Under the pieces are notes generated by a model. That model saw only the letters and a list, made by a program, of their open reading frames with translations, did no database searches and was not told where the DNA came from. Shown here in pieces: positions 8,164 to 16,902 of a DNA stretch of 32,000 nucleotides. How positions within the stretch are numbered: position 1 is the stretch's first letter; the number at the start of each line of letters is the position of its first letter. The position numbers and the translations under genes were made by a program. Origin of the DNA: Clostridium sp. CAG:609 (GTDB taxonomy: Bacteria; Bacillota_I; Bacilli_A; RF39; UBA660); assembly GCA_000438075.1 (NCBI GenBank), contig FR903525.1, forward strand, positions 1 through 32,000, written 5' to 3'.

Positions 8164-10010
8164 AGACTTTTATCTCCCACTTCTGCTTCGGCAAGTTTTG
8201 CTTCAGCTATTATTTCTAATCTTTTTTCATCACCATGAGTCCATAATGTTTCAAAAATTGCTTTAAATTCGTTTCCTAACATTCCTGCAAAATCCCTTAC
8301 ATTCTCTAAGTTTTGTTCATCTACACGAGATAATCCCATTGTTGTTGCGTATCTTTCAGCAGTGTTTAGGGAAGCTATTTCTAATTCATCATAGTTTTTA
8401 TTTAATACATCATCTAGAGTTATTACTCTTTGATTACAGAATCTTACAAATTCATTTGTTATATCTTCACCAACTAGAGCTCTTAGCATCTTTGGATTTT
8501 GAGTTTTATAAAGCATTTTTGAAGCCATTTCCCATTTTCTAGGATCCGCATTGGGGTATTCACCATTATATTCACTTCTTAATGTTTGACCATTTTTATA
8601 TGCAATGTATGCATAGATTGCTGGATGAATGTTGTGTTCACTTGCCCACTTTAACCAACTTTCAGTTGTTGTTTTAATATATACATGTGCAAATCTATTA
8701 AATAGAGGTTCCGCTAATTGGTTAGCTGCTAAAGAATCTTTCATGTCATTTCCTGCAGCAACAATTCTAGCATTATCAGGCAATTTCCATATCCCATTTA
8801 CTTCTCTATCTAAAACTATATTAAATGCTATACCTTGAATACTTGGTAAGGCATTTGTTATTTCATCTAAGAATAATACATGAAGCCTTTCTGGTTCTTG
8901 TTCACATTTAGCTTCAAGTTTTTTAAGCCATGATGGTTTAACATCAATCATTTCTCCAGTACTTGCATTATAAACGCTTTTACCATTTAAGCTTTCAGGA
9001 GATGCATTACGTAAGTATATTATTTCACATGTTGGATCTATTTGTTTTACTCTGGCAGATTTACCTTCGGATGAAGGGCCATGTAAAAATACCGCTACAC
9101 CACTTTCAATAGCTCCTTTTATTATATCTTCTTCACTAACATTATCAAATGATAATCCATATGAATTTCTTTTTACTTTTACATTTGTTGATTCTCTTTC
9201 TTTATTCATATCATCTGCTTTAATGAATACCATATTTTGTGTTAAATCATGTAACATATATTTATCAAGATATTCTTTCATTTCAGATGTACTATATTTT
9301 AAGTCTGGCGCACCATTTCCAGCATATCTTATACCTGAAGCTAACCCACGTGTTGATATTAACAATCCATTTTTATTATCAACTAGCCATTTAACTGGAG
9401 TAACTTCAACCCAGACATGGTTATCATTTAAATACTTAATACCATTTGAAAGTTCAAAACAATCTTTATAAGCTTGAGCTTTAATACGAATATATTTTTT
9501 TCCACCAAACTCATATTCATCATAAGTTACTGGCATAAATTTATAATAATAATCAGGATTTTTGTTACCATCGAATGTATAAGTATTTCCAGTTTTTTTA
9601 AGTCCTTTGTAAAATTCTGTTTCTAGTATTTGTTGCATACTTGATGGTGCCGCATATTGAGGATATTCACCAAATTCAACGATATCTACTCCAGTTATTG
9701 TAGTATCTCTTTTTAAAGTTCCATTTGTTAAAAGTTCAGTAGATGATAGAACTGGACGTATCGTACCTCTACGAAGAAAACTTGAAGTAGGAACCATTTC
9801 ACCTTTGTTATTTATGCAACCTATTTTTTCATTTCCGCTGATATTTTGAGTCCAATACCAACCACGTGCTAATGCACCAAAATATATATATGCACCTGTT
9901 AAAATAGATAAATCTGTGTTTGATATATCATATCCGTAACTGTCAAATATATATTTTTCATCTCTAAATATTTGTTCAATAGATAACAAATTTATTTCTA
10001 AATCATTCAT
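8160..10010 (-). CDS. unknown ~265-aa N-terminal domain fused to a MoxR/AAA_5-type AAA+ ATPase
   Basis: Walker A LHGPSSEGKS (track residues 313-322), Walker B VLFLDE (382-387), sensor-1-like IVAAGN, and LFNRF. N-terminal region is W/Y-rich (ARGWYWTQN ... RRGTIRPVL ... VTPVKWLVDNKNGLLIS). Start is probably ATG 10010, since GTG 10022 lies inside the GGAGTGA RBS. Confidence 0.8.
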   Translation of the reverse strand: MNDLEINLLSIEQIFRDEKYIFDSYGYDISNTDLSILTGAYIYFGALARGWYWTQNISGNEKIGCINNKGEMVPTSSFLRRGTIRPVLSSTELLTNGTLKRDTTITGVDIVEFGEYPQYAAPSSMQQILETEFYKGLKKTGNTYTFDGNKNPDYYYKFMPVTYDEYEFGGKKYIRIKAQAYKDCFELSNGIKYLNDNHVWVEVTPVKWLVDNKNGLLISTRGLASGIRYAGNGAPDLKYSTSEMKEYLDKYMLHDLTQNMVFIKADDMNKERESTNVKVKRNSYGLSFDNVSEEDIIKGAIESGVAVFLHGPSSEGKSARVKQIDPTCEIIYLRNASPESLNGKSVYNASTGEMIDVKPSWLKKLEAKCEQEPERLHVLFLDEITNALPSIQGIAFNIVLDREVNGIWKLPDNARIVAAGNDMKDSLAANQLAEPLFNRFAHVYIKTTTESWLKWASEHNIHPAIYAYIAYKNGQTLRSEYNGEYPNADPRKWEMASKMLYKTQNPKMLRALVGEDITNEFVRFCNQRVITLDDVLNKNYDELEIASLNTAERYATTMGLSRVDEQNLENVRDFAGMLGNEFKAIFETLWTHGDEKRLEIIAEAKLAEAEVGDKSL

Positions 10011-10031
10011 TTTTATCATCACTCCAACTAT

Positions 10032-10060
10032 AATATACAGAATATACTTTGAAAAGTCAA
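10032..10060 (-). promoter_or_regulatory. sigma-A-like promoter in front of the ATPase gene
   Basis: On the minus strand, TTGACT (10060..10055), a 17-nt spacer, then TATATT (10037..10032), just upstream of the RBS. Confidence 0.4.
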
Positions 10061-10088
10061 TAGAACAGAGATGCTACTTAACACATAT

Positions 10089-10640
10089 TTATTGATTTAA
10101 TGAAATATCATATTTTGATATAAAGCTATCTTTCTTTTGTTCTGGTACTTCCTCATTTTTATATGCTTGTTGATATCTTGTTATTAATTCATCTTTAGAA
10201 TCATTAAGTTCTATGTAGTTATAATTGCTATTAATTTGTAAATCCCCATTATATTCTGGTACATATGAAAGTATTAAATAAGTTTTTCCTTGTTTTAGAA
10301 GTTTTGTATCACTTGGTAATATGTATTCTTTTTTACTTTTGGAAATACCTCCCATTTGAGTTAATGTTATATCTGTTAATAAATTTCCTTTTATGTTTTC
10401 TAATATAGTTATGTTATACACTGTGTATGGTTCATAATCACTATATATAGTTTCTTTGATAGAATTAATTTTTGCTACGAAAACATAGTCTACAGCACCA
10501 ACTGCTTTTTCTGGAGTAGACATATCATACACATTCAATATTGGATGATAATTAAATTTGATATCTTTATTCATATTTGATTTTACTAGTATTATTGTTG
10601 ATAACAGCAATATAATTATTATTAATAGTTTTCTTTTCAT
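10089..10640 (-). CDS. secreted/exported protein of unknown function
   Basis: 183 aa with the N-terminal signal-like sequence MKRKLLIIIILLLSTIILVKS. No motif recognised. Confidence 0.6.
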   Translation of the reverse strand: MKRKLLIIIILLLSTIILVKSNMNKDIKFNYHPILNVYDMSTPEKAVGAVDYVFVAKINSIKETIYSDYEPYTVYNITILENIKGNLLTDITLTQMGGISKSKKEYILPSDTKLLKQGKTYLILSYVPEYNGDLQINSNYNYIELNDSKDELITRYQQAYKNEEVPEQKKDSFISKYDISLNQ

Positions 10641-10673
10641 AAAATACCTTTCTATATCTAAAAAAAGCTGGAC

Positions 10674-11738
10674 TTATTCTAAAGACATTCCAGCTAATTT
10701 TAATTTTAAATCTTCATTTATAAGTGCTTCAATAATAGGTTCTAAGTCTCCATCCATAACTCTATCTAGTGACATAATTGAGAAATTGATTCTATGATCA
10801 GTTACTCTATTTTGTGGATAGTTATATGTTCTTATCTTTTCAGAACGATCTCCGGAACCTATTTTTGATTTTCTTGTTGCTCCGATAGCACTTTCTTGTT
10901 CATGCATTAATTCATCATTTATTTTGATTTTAAGAAGTTGCATTGCTCTTTCTTTATTACGAAGTTGACTTCTTTCTGTTTGACAAGTTACCACTACACC
11001 AGTTGGAATATGAGTTATACGAACTGCTGAATTGGCAGTATTAACTGATTGTCCACCTGCTCCACTTGAATGATATACGTCTATTTTTAAATCACTTTCT
11101 TTAATATCAATATTAACATTATCAACTTCAGGCATAACTAACACAGTAGATGTTGATGTATGAACTCTTCCTTGTGTTTCTGTGACAGGTACTCTTTGAA
11201 CTCTATGAGAACCACTTTCATATTTTAATTTACTATATACGTTAGCACCCTTTACCATGAATTCAATTTGTGAAAAACCTCCACTTGTACCTTCAATTTG
11301 GTGAATAACTTCAATCTTCCATCCATTAGCTTCTGCATAATAAGAATACATTCTAAATAAGTCTCCGGCGAAAATATTAGCTTCGTCTCCTCCGGCAGCT
11401 CCTCTTATTTCCATTATTACATTCTTACCATCATTTTCATCCTTTGGTACTAGTAATATTTCAAGTTCATGATATAATCTATCTATTTCTTTTGTTAAAT
11501 TTTCAACATCTTCCAAAGCAATTTCTTTTAAATCTGGGTCTTCCACCATCATTTTTGCTTCTTCTAAATTATTTTTTGCTTGTTTATAAGCTTGATATGT
11601 TTTAACAGTTTCTTCTAAATCACTATGTTCTTTAGATAATTCTTTAACTTGATTAAAATTACTTAATACTTCTGGATCACTTAATTTAGTAGTTAATTCA
11701 TTATATTTTTCTTCGATTGCATCTAATCTATTAAACAT
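10674..11738 (-). CDS. prfA: peptide chain release factor 1
   Basis: 354 aa. SGAGGQSVN (GGQ), RVQRVPVTETQGRVHTS (RF1-type PxT tripeptide region), and typical RF1 length. Confidence 0.95.
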   Translation of the reverse strand: MFNRLDAIEEKYNELTTKLSDPEVLSNFNQVKELSKEHSDLEETVKTYQAYKQAKNNLEEAKMMVEDPDLKEIALEDVENLTKEIDRLYHELEILLVPKDENDGKNVIMEIRGAAGGDEANIFAGDLFRMYSYYAEANGWKIEVIHQIEGTSGGFSQIEFMVKGANVYSKLKYESGSHRVQRVPVTETQGRVHTSTSTVLVMPEVDNVNIDIKESDLKIDVYHSSGAGGQSVNTANSAVRITHIPTGVVVTCQTERSQLRNKERAMQLLKIKINDELMHEQESAIGATRKSKIGSGDRSEKIRTYNYPQNRVTDHRINFSIMSLDRVMDGDLEPIIEALINEDLKLKLAGMSLE

Positions 11739-11778
11739 TTTATCCTCGCTTTCTTATTTAAAAATAAATATTTAATTG

Positions 11779-12225
11779 TTACATATTGCTTTCTTCTAAA
11801 TCATCAACTACCATAAGGTCTGCTAAATCATCTTCTGTATCATCAACAGTATCATCATCTTCATCGTAGAATAAATCGTCATCTTCTTCACGTTCAATGT
11901 CATTATTATTTTCTTCTTCATCCTCTTCCATTAAATCATCTTCGTCTTCTTCTTCATCTTCGAATACGATATCTAATTTATGTCTTGCTTGAAGATCCCA
12001 ATAACCTTTATCTAACATGATAAACTTTTTATTGATTGACATTAATTCAAAGAAATCCATTATTTCATTATCTACGGTTTCTTCTGGTAATTCAAGAACT
12101 TGACAAACTTTTGCGAATATATCACGCAATTTCATTTTCTTGCCATTTTCTTGTAATATTAATAAAGCAATATCGTCATACCCCATTAGTTCTAGTTCTT
12201 CCTTAGGTATATCTTTTAGCTTCAT
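11779..12225 (-). CDS. rpoE: DNA-directed RNA polymerase delta subunit
   Basis: 148 aa. N-terminal domain ELMGYDDIALLILQENGKKMKLRDIF...KKFIMLDKGYWDL, followed by a long D/E-rich acidic tail. Confidence 0.85.
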   Translation of the reverse strand: MKLKDIPKEELELMGYDDIALLILQENGKKMKLRDIFAKVCQVLELPEETVDNEIMDFFELMSINKKFIMLDKGYWDLQARHKLDIVFEDEEEDEDDLMEEDEEENNNDIEREEDDDLFYDEDDDTVDDTEDDLADLMVVDDLEESNM

Positions 12226-12243
12226 AAAATCATTCTCCTTACA

Positions 12244-13851
12244 TTACATTTGTTCTGGTGGTATTACCCCGATTAAATTTAGTGCATTAAATAATGTTTG
12301 TTTTACACATTTAATTAAATTTAAATTTTCCAAAGTTTCTTCTTCATCTTCAGTTAGTACACGTTTTTTAGCATAGTACATATGGAATAGACCTGCTAAT
12401 TCATATACATAATTAGTTATTAAATGTGGCAATTCTTTAGTTGCTGCAGTTTTAACAACTTCTGGAAATTCATAAACTTTTTCTAAAACATTATATGATG
12501 TATCGTCATTAATTGCAATATATTTTTCACATTTTTTGTCAAATTGTTGTGAATTTAGTATCGAACATATTCTTGCATATGCATAACTTACGTAAAATAC
12601 TGGGTTTTCATTTGACTTACTTTTAGCAAGACCAAGATCAAAATCCATTTGAGTATCTAAGCTATATCTTGAGAAATAATATCTTGCAGCATTAACCCCT
12701 ACTTCATCAATTAATTCTTTTAAAGTAACTGATTTACCAGTTCTTTTACTCATTTTAACAACTTCACCATTTTCTACTAATCTAACAAGTTGTAATAGTT
12801 TAATTTCTAGTTTTTCTGGGTCATTTCCAAGTGCTTTAACACTACTTTTTAAACGAGCAACATAACCATGGTGATCTGCTCCGAATATATCAATCATTTT
12901 ATCAAAACCACGATTATATTTATCCATATGATATGCTATGTCTGGTAAGAAGTATGTTGCATTACCATCTTCTTTAATTAAAACATGGTCTTTTTCATCA
13001 AATAAAGCACTACATTTAAACCAAGTTGCTCCATCTGCTTCATAAGTATATCCATTTTTTCTTAAGATATCCACAACATCCATTAAATTATATTTTTCTG
13101 ATAAAGCTTTTTCACTTGATTTAACATCAAATTCTATTCTATATTCTTTTAAGTCATCAAATATATGACCAACCATTTCTTCAGTACCTAACTTTTTAAA
13201 GTAATCAAGTTCTTTATCTAAGTATGTATCTTTATGTTCATCATATAGTTTTTGAGCAATGGCAATTATTTCTTTTCCATAGTATCCATTTTCAGGCATT
13301 TCAAATGGAAGACCACATATTTCTTTATAACGAGCTATAATTGATAAACCTAAGTTAGTAATTTGACTACCTAAGTCATTAATGTAATATTCTGTTGTTA
13401 CATCAAAACCACAGAAACGCATTATTCTAGCAAGAGAATCTCCATATGCACCACCACGAGCATTACCTAAATGAAGTATACCAGTGGGATTTGCACTAAC
13501 AAATTCAATATTTATTTTTTTACCATTACCAATATTACTTCTTCCATAATTTTCTTTTTCTTCTAAAACTTTGTTAATATTTTCAAGTAAGTATTCTTTT
13601 GATACAAAGAAGTTAATAAAACCTGGGGCTTTAATCTCAATACTCTTGATATTTTCATTATCAATATTTTTAGCAATCATATCTGCTATTTCCATCGGAT
13701 TTTTTCTTAAACTCTTAGCAAGTTTCATAGCTATATTACTTGAAAAATCTCCATTTTCAGCTTGAGCTGGTTTACTTATTTCAACATCAACTCCACTTAT
13801 TTCTAATTTTTCTAATGCTTTTTTAATTTCATCAATTAATAAATTTTTCAT
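12244..13851 (-). CDS. argS: arginine--tRNA ligase
   Basis: 535 aa. SANPTGILHLGNARGG (HIGH-type) and KMSKRTG (KMSKS-type). ATGA overlap with the upstream DUF1934-like gene. Confidence 0.95.
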   Translation of the reverse strand: MKNLLIDEIKKALEKLEISGVDVEISKPAQAENGDFSSNIAMKLAKSLRKNPMEIADMIAKNIDNENIKSIEIKAPGFINFFVSKEYLLENINKVLEEKENYGRSNIGNGKKINIEFVSANPTGILHLGNARGGAYGDSLARIMRFCGFDVTTEYYINDLGSQITNLGLSIIARYKEICGLPFEMPENGYYGKEIIAIAQKLYDEHKDTYLDKELDYFKKLGTEEMVGHIFDDLKEYRIEFDVKSSEKALSEKYNLMDVVDILRKNGYTYEADGATWFKCSALFDEKDHVLIKEDGNATYFLPDIAYHMDKYNRGFDKMIDIFGADHHGYVARLKSSVKALGNDPEKLEIKLLQLVRLVENGEVVKMSKRTGKSVTLKELIDEVGVNAARYYFSRYSLDTQMDFDLGLAKSKSNENPVFYVSYAYARICSILNSQQFDKKCEKYIAINDDTSYNVLEKVYEFPEVVKTAATKELPHLITNYVYELAGLFHMYYAKKRVLTEDEEETLENLNLIKCVKQTLFNALNLIGVIPPEQM

Positions 13852-14180
13852 ATTTCCTCTTTCCTTTTTATAATTATTTGTTTTTGTTCATTACCTAATT
13901 CATAAGTAAGTATTATTAATTCATCTTTTTCTTCGTAATTTGTTTTTATATCATATTTTAAATTATTACTCCCAAATGATACTGTTAATAAATTATTTTT
14001 AAAATCAACACGAAATGTATCATCTGGGCATCTTCGTTCATAAATCCTATTTGTTCTATCCACTACATGGATACCATATTCATCTTCATAATAGATAGTA
14101 TTGTTTTCAAATTTAGTTAATTTATCTACTTCATCGATAACAATTTCTCCATTATCAAGTAGTTTCCAATCAATTTTCAT
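13848..14180 (-). CDS. DUF1934-like small beta-barrel protein (YwiB-like by position)
   Basis: 110 aa, translationally coupled to argS, as ywiB is in Bacillus (recalled synteny). No catalytic motif. Confidence 0.5.
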   Translation of the reverse strand: MKIDWKLLDNGEIVIDEVDKLTKFENNTIYYEDEYGIHVVDRTNRIYERRCPDDTFRVDFKNNLLTVSFGSNNLKYDIKTNYEEKDELIILTYELGNEQKQIIIKRKEEI

Positions 14181-14437
14181 GGTTAGCCACCTCTTTTTTT
14201 CTCACATATTATAACAAACTTTCTTATAAATGTATAGTGCTATTTAATTATTTTTTTCAATATCACTTTTTTCAATTATTTTCGTTTTTAGAACCAGTTA
14301 AACTAACTCCCACAATTAATATAATTAATCGTATATATCAATCCTTTTATACATGTATTATAGTATAGATTATTATTTTTCACAATAGTGTATATTAATT
14401 TTATTTTTACATCATAATAATACCTAGGTGATATTCC

Positions 14438-16378
14438 TTGAAAATAATAAAAATCACATTAAAAAGTATGATATTTTTGTTTATATCCTTTGTTGTTATA
14501 TTAATTGGTTTATATACTTATGCTTATTTAAGTCCGAAGCTTGATTTAAAGAAAAGTGGTAGTTTATATATATATGATAATAAAGATGAGTTGTTATATC
14601 AAGGTTCTAGAAATAATGAATGGGCTAATTTAAGTGATATAAGTCCTTATTTAGTGGATGCTGTTATAAGTGTTGAAGATAAAAATTTTTATGATCATCA
14701 TGGTTTTGATTATTTAAGAATTGCAAAAGCAATGGCTACGAATATAAGAAGAAATAAAATAGTTCAAGGAGCATCAACAATATCACAACAATATATTAAG
14801 AATCTTTATCTAGATTTTGATAAGACTTGGAAAAGAAAGATTGAAGAAGCTTTTTTAACCCTTGAACTGGAAGTGCATTATGATAAAGATGATATACTTG
14901 AGGGTTATTTAAATACAATAAATTATGGTCAAGGTAATATGGGTATTGTTAATGCTGCAAGTTATTATTTTAATAAAAAACCTAATGAACTTACTTTAGA
15001 GGAAGCTATTATGCTTGCAGGTATTCCTAAAAATCCATCTGGTTATAATCCTGTTAATAATTATGAAGCATCAGTAAATAGAGCAAAAGTTGTTGCAAAA
15101 GCTATGCTTAATAACAAATATATAGATGAGGCAACTTATAATAATTTGTATAAAGAAAAAATAGAGATATATGGACAAAATAAAACTAATAATTTACAAA
15201 TGGTTATGTATTATCAAGAAGCTGTATTAAATGAACTTAATAATATAAAAGAAATACCTACATCTTTGATTAATTCTGGTGGTTTAAAAATATATACTAA
15301 TTTAGATATGGAAATGCAAAAGAATATGGAAGATGCAATATTATCTAAAAAAAGTGATGATGAAGTACAGGTTGCTAGTGTTGTTGTTAATCCTGATACT
15401 GGTGAGGTTAGAGCTTTAACGGGTGGTATAGATTATGCTAAAAGTCAGTATAATAGAGCATTAAAAAGTAAAAGACAAGTTGGTTCAACGATGAAGCCTT
15501 TTTTGTATTATGCTGCACTTGAAAATAATATGACTATGGCAAGTACTTTTAGAAGTGAAGAAACTACATTTAATTTATCAAATGGAAAAACTTATTCACC
15601 ATCTAATGCTGGAGGTATTTATGCAAGTAAAGAAATTACAATGGCCGCAGCACTTAGTTTATCAGATAATATTTATGCAGTTAAAACCAATTTATTTTTG
15701 GGTGTTGATAAGATGATTGATGTTGCTAAAAGAACTGGGATAAATGAAGAACTTCAGGGAGTTGCATCACTTCCTTTGGGCACTAGTGAAATAAATATAC
15801 TTGATTTTGCAACTGGTTATAATACTTTTGCAACTGGGGGGTATAAAAAAGATTTATATTTTATTAGAAAAGTGACTGATTTAGATGGAAATGTTTTATA
15901 TGAACATGAAGATAAAAAAGATTTAGTAATTAATCCAAATTATACTTATATATTAAATGAAGCATTAACTAGTACGACGAATGATGCTTTTGTGGATTAT
16001 ACAACTCCGACGGCATTAAATATAAGTGGTAGTTTAACACATAAATATGCTATTAAGACTGGTTCTACGAATACTGATTATTGGATTGTTGGTTATAATC
16101 CAGATGCACTTGTTATGATGTGGATGGGTTATGATGATAATAGAGAATGTGATAAAAGTGTTAGAAATCAAGCTAAAAAAATATGGGCTGAAGTAATTGA
16201 AGATGCAACAAAAGATAAAGATGATTGGTATGAAACTCCGAAAAATGTTGTGGCAATTCCTTTAGATGCTGTTACGGGAAATGTACCAAAAGATAATAAT
16301 AAAACTGCTTTGTATTATTTTGTAAAGGGTTCAGAACCTGGGGTTACTCCGGAACAATATGTAATGAGTGGTGAGTAA
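14438..16378 (+). CDS. class A penicillin-binding protein (glycosyltransferase GT51 + transpeptidase)
   Basis: N-terminal transmembrane helix. GT51 motifs EDKNFYDHHGFD, GASTISQQ and RKIEEAF. Transpeptidase motifs STMKP (SxxK), SDN (SxN) and KTGST (KTG). TTG start behind AGGTGA. Confidence 0.9.
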   Translation: MKIIKITLKSMIFLFISFVVILIGLYTYAYLSPKLDLKKSGSLYIYDNKDELLYQGSRNNEWANLSDISPYLVDAVISVEDKNFYDHHGFDYLRIAKAMATNIRRNKIVQGASTISQQYIKNLYLDFDKTWKRKIEEAFLTLELEVHYDKDDILEGYLNTINYGQGNMGIVNAASYYFNKKPNELTLEEAIMLAGIPKNPSGYNPVNNYEASVNRAKVVAKAMLNNKYIDEATYNNLYKEKIEIYGQNKTNNLQMVMYYQEAVLNELNNIKEIPTSLINSGGLKIYTNLDMEMQKNMEDAILSKKSDDEVQVASVVVNPDTGEVRALTGGIDYAKSQYNRALKSKRQVGSTMKPFLYYAALENNMTMASTFRSEETTFNLSNGKTYSPSNAGGIYASKEITMAAALSLSDNIYAVKTNLFLGVDKMIDVAKRTGINEELQGVASLPLGTSEINILDFATGYNTFATGGYKKDLYFIRKVTDLDGNVLYEHEDKKDLVINPNYTYILNEALTSTTNDAFVDYTTPTALNISGSLTHKYAIKTGSTNTDYWIVGYNPDALVMMWMGYDDNRECDKSVRNQAKKIWAEVIEDATKDKDDWYETPKNVVAIPLDAVTGNVPKDNNKTALYYFVKGSEPGVTPEQYVMSGE

Positions 16379-16458
16379 TTTGTAAAGTTTGCAAATTTTA
16401 TTTCATATTGTGATAGACATATAAATATTATTGTTATATAATTTAGTTGGGTGGAGTT

Positions 16459-16776
16459 ATGTATAATTATGATTTTTTAAAAGACAAGGAACATGCTATT
16501 AATGAAAAGGAACAAGTTTTAGTTAGTTTTGGAAACAAAAAATTATTAGTTAATATAATGCTTACTGATAAAAATTTGTTATTCTTTTATGATACTGAAA
16601 AAGACTCACCACTTAAATGTAGCAGAATAAGTGTGGTTCCTCAATATGAAGTATTATTAAAATTGAGTCTTGATAATCTTGACTATCATATTATAGATAA
16701 TTTCACTGAGATTAACTTTAAAGGGGATGTAATATCAATCTATAATTTTAACTTAGATGATTTTATAAAACTTTAA
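16459..16776 (+). CDS. hypothetical small protein
   Basis: ORF 16447..16776; the ATG at 16459 follows GGTGGAG. No recognisable motif. Followed by a strong terminator. Confidence 0.5.
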   Translation: MYNYDFLKDKEHAINEKEQVLVSFGNKKLLVNIMLTDKNLLFFYDTEKDSPLKCSRISVVPQYEVLLKLSLDNLDYHIIDNFTEINFKGDVISIYNFNLDDFIKL

Positions 16777-16824
16777 AATTATCAAAAATTCTTATAGTTC
16801 CTACAAAGATGTTCGTATGAAGTG

Positions 16825-16856
16825 AAAATGACTAGAGTTTTTTCTAGTCATTTTTG
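16825..16856 (+). terminator. rho-independent terminator
   Basis: aaaatgactaga-gttttt-tctagtcatttt forms a 12-bp stem followed by a T-run. Confidence 0.75.
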
Positions 16857-16870
16857 ATTGTTAATTTTTA

Positions 16871-16900
16871 AACAAAATAAAATGACTAGATTATCTAGCC
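16871..16900 (-). terminator. weak hairpin plus T-rich tail after noc
   Basis: Minus strand reads ggctag...ctagtc followed by attttattttgtt. The stem is short and imperfect. Confidence 0.3.
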
Positions 16901-16902
16901 AC

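Noticed and set aside
6157-9471. Plus-strand ORFs 6157..6459, 7055..7390, 8339..8542, 8629..8838 and 9223..9471
   Set aside because: All lie antisense within prmC or the three cassette genes, whose minus-strand products carry clear catalytic motifs. They are treated as shadow ORFs.
10558-13765. Plus-strand ORFs 10558..10797, 12140..12376 and 13571..13765
   Set aside because: They lie antisense to, or span junctions of, strongly supported minus-strand genes (the exported protein/prfA, rpoE/argS, and argS).
14181-14437. T-box or other riboswitch leader upstream of the DUF1934-argS operon
   Set aside because: I read the minus strand of this region and found no T-box consensus (…GGTGG.ACCGCG…) and no convincing terminator/antiterminator pair. 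It looks like a plain AT-rich divergent promoter region.
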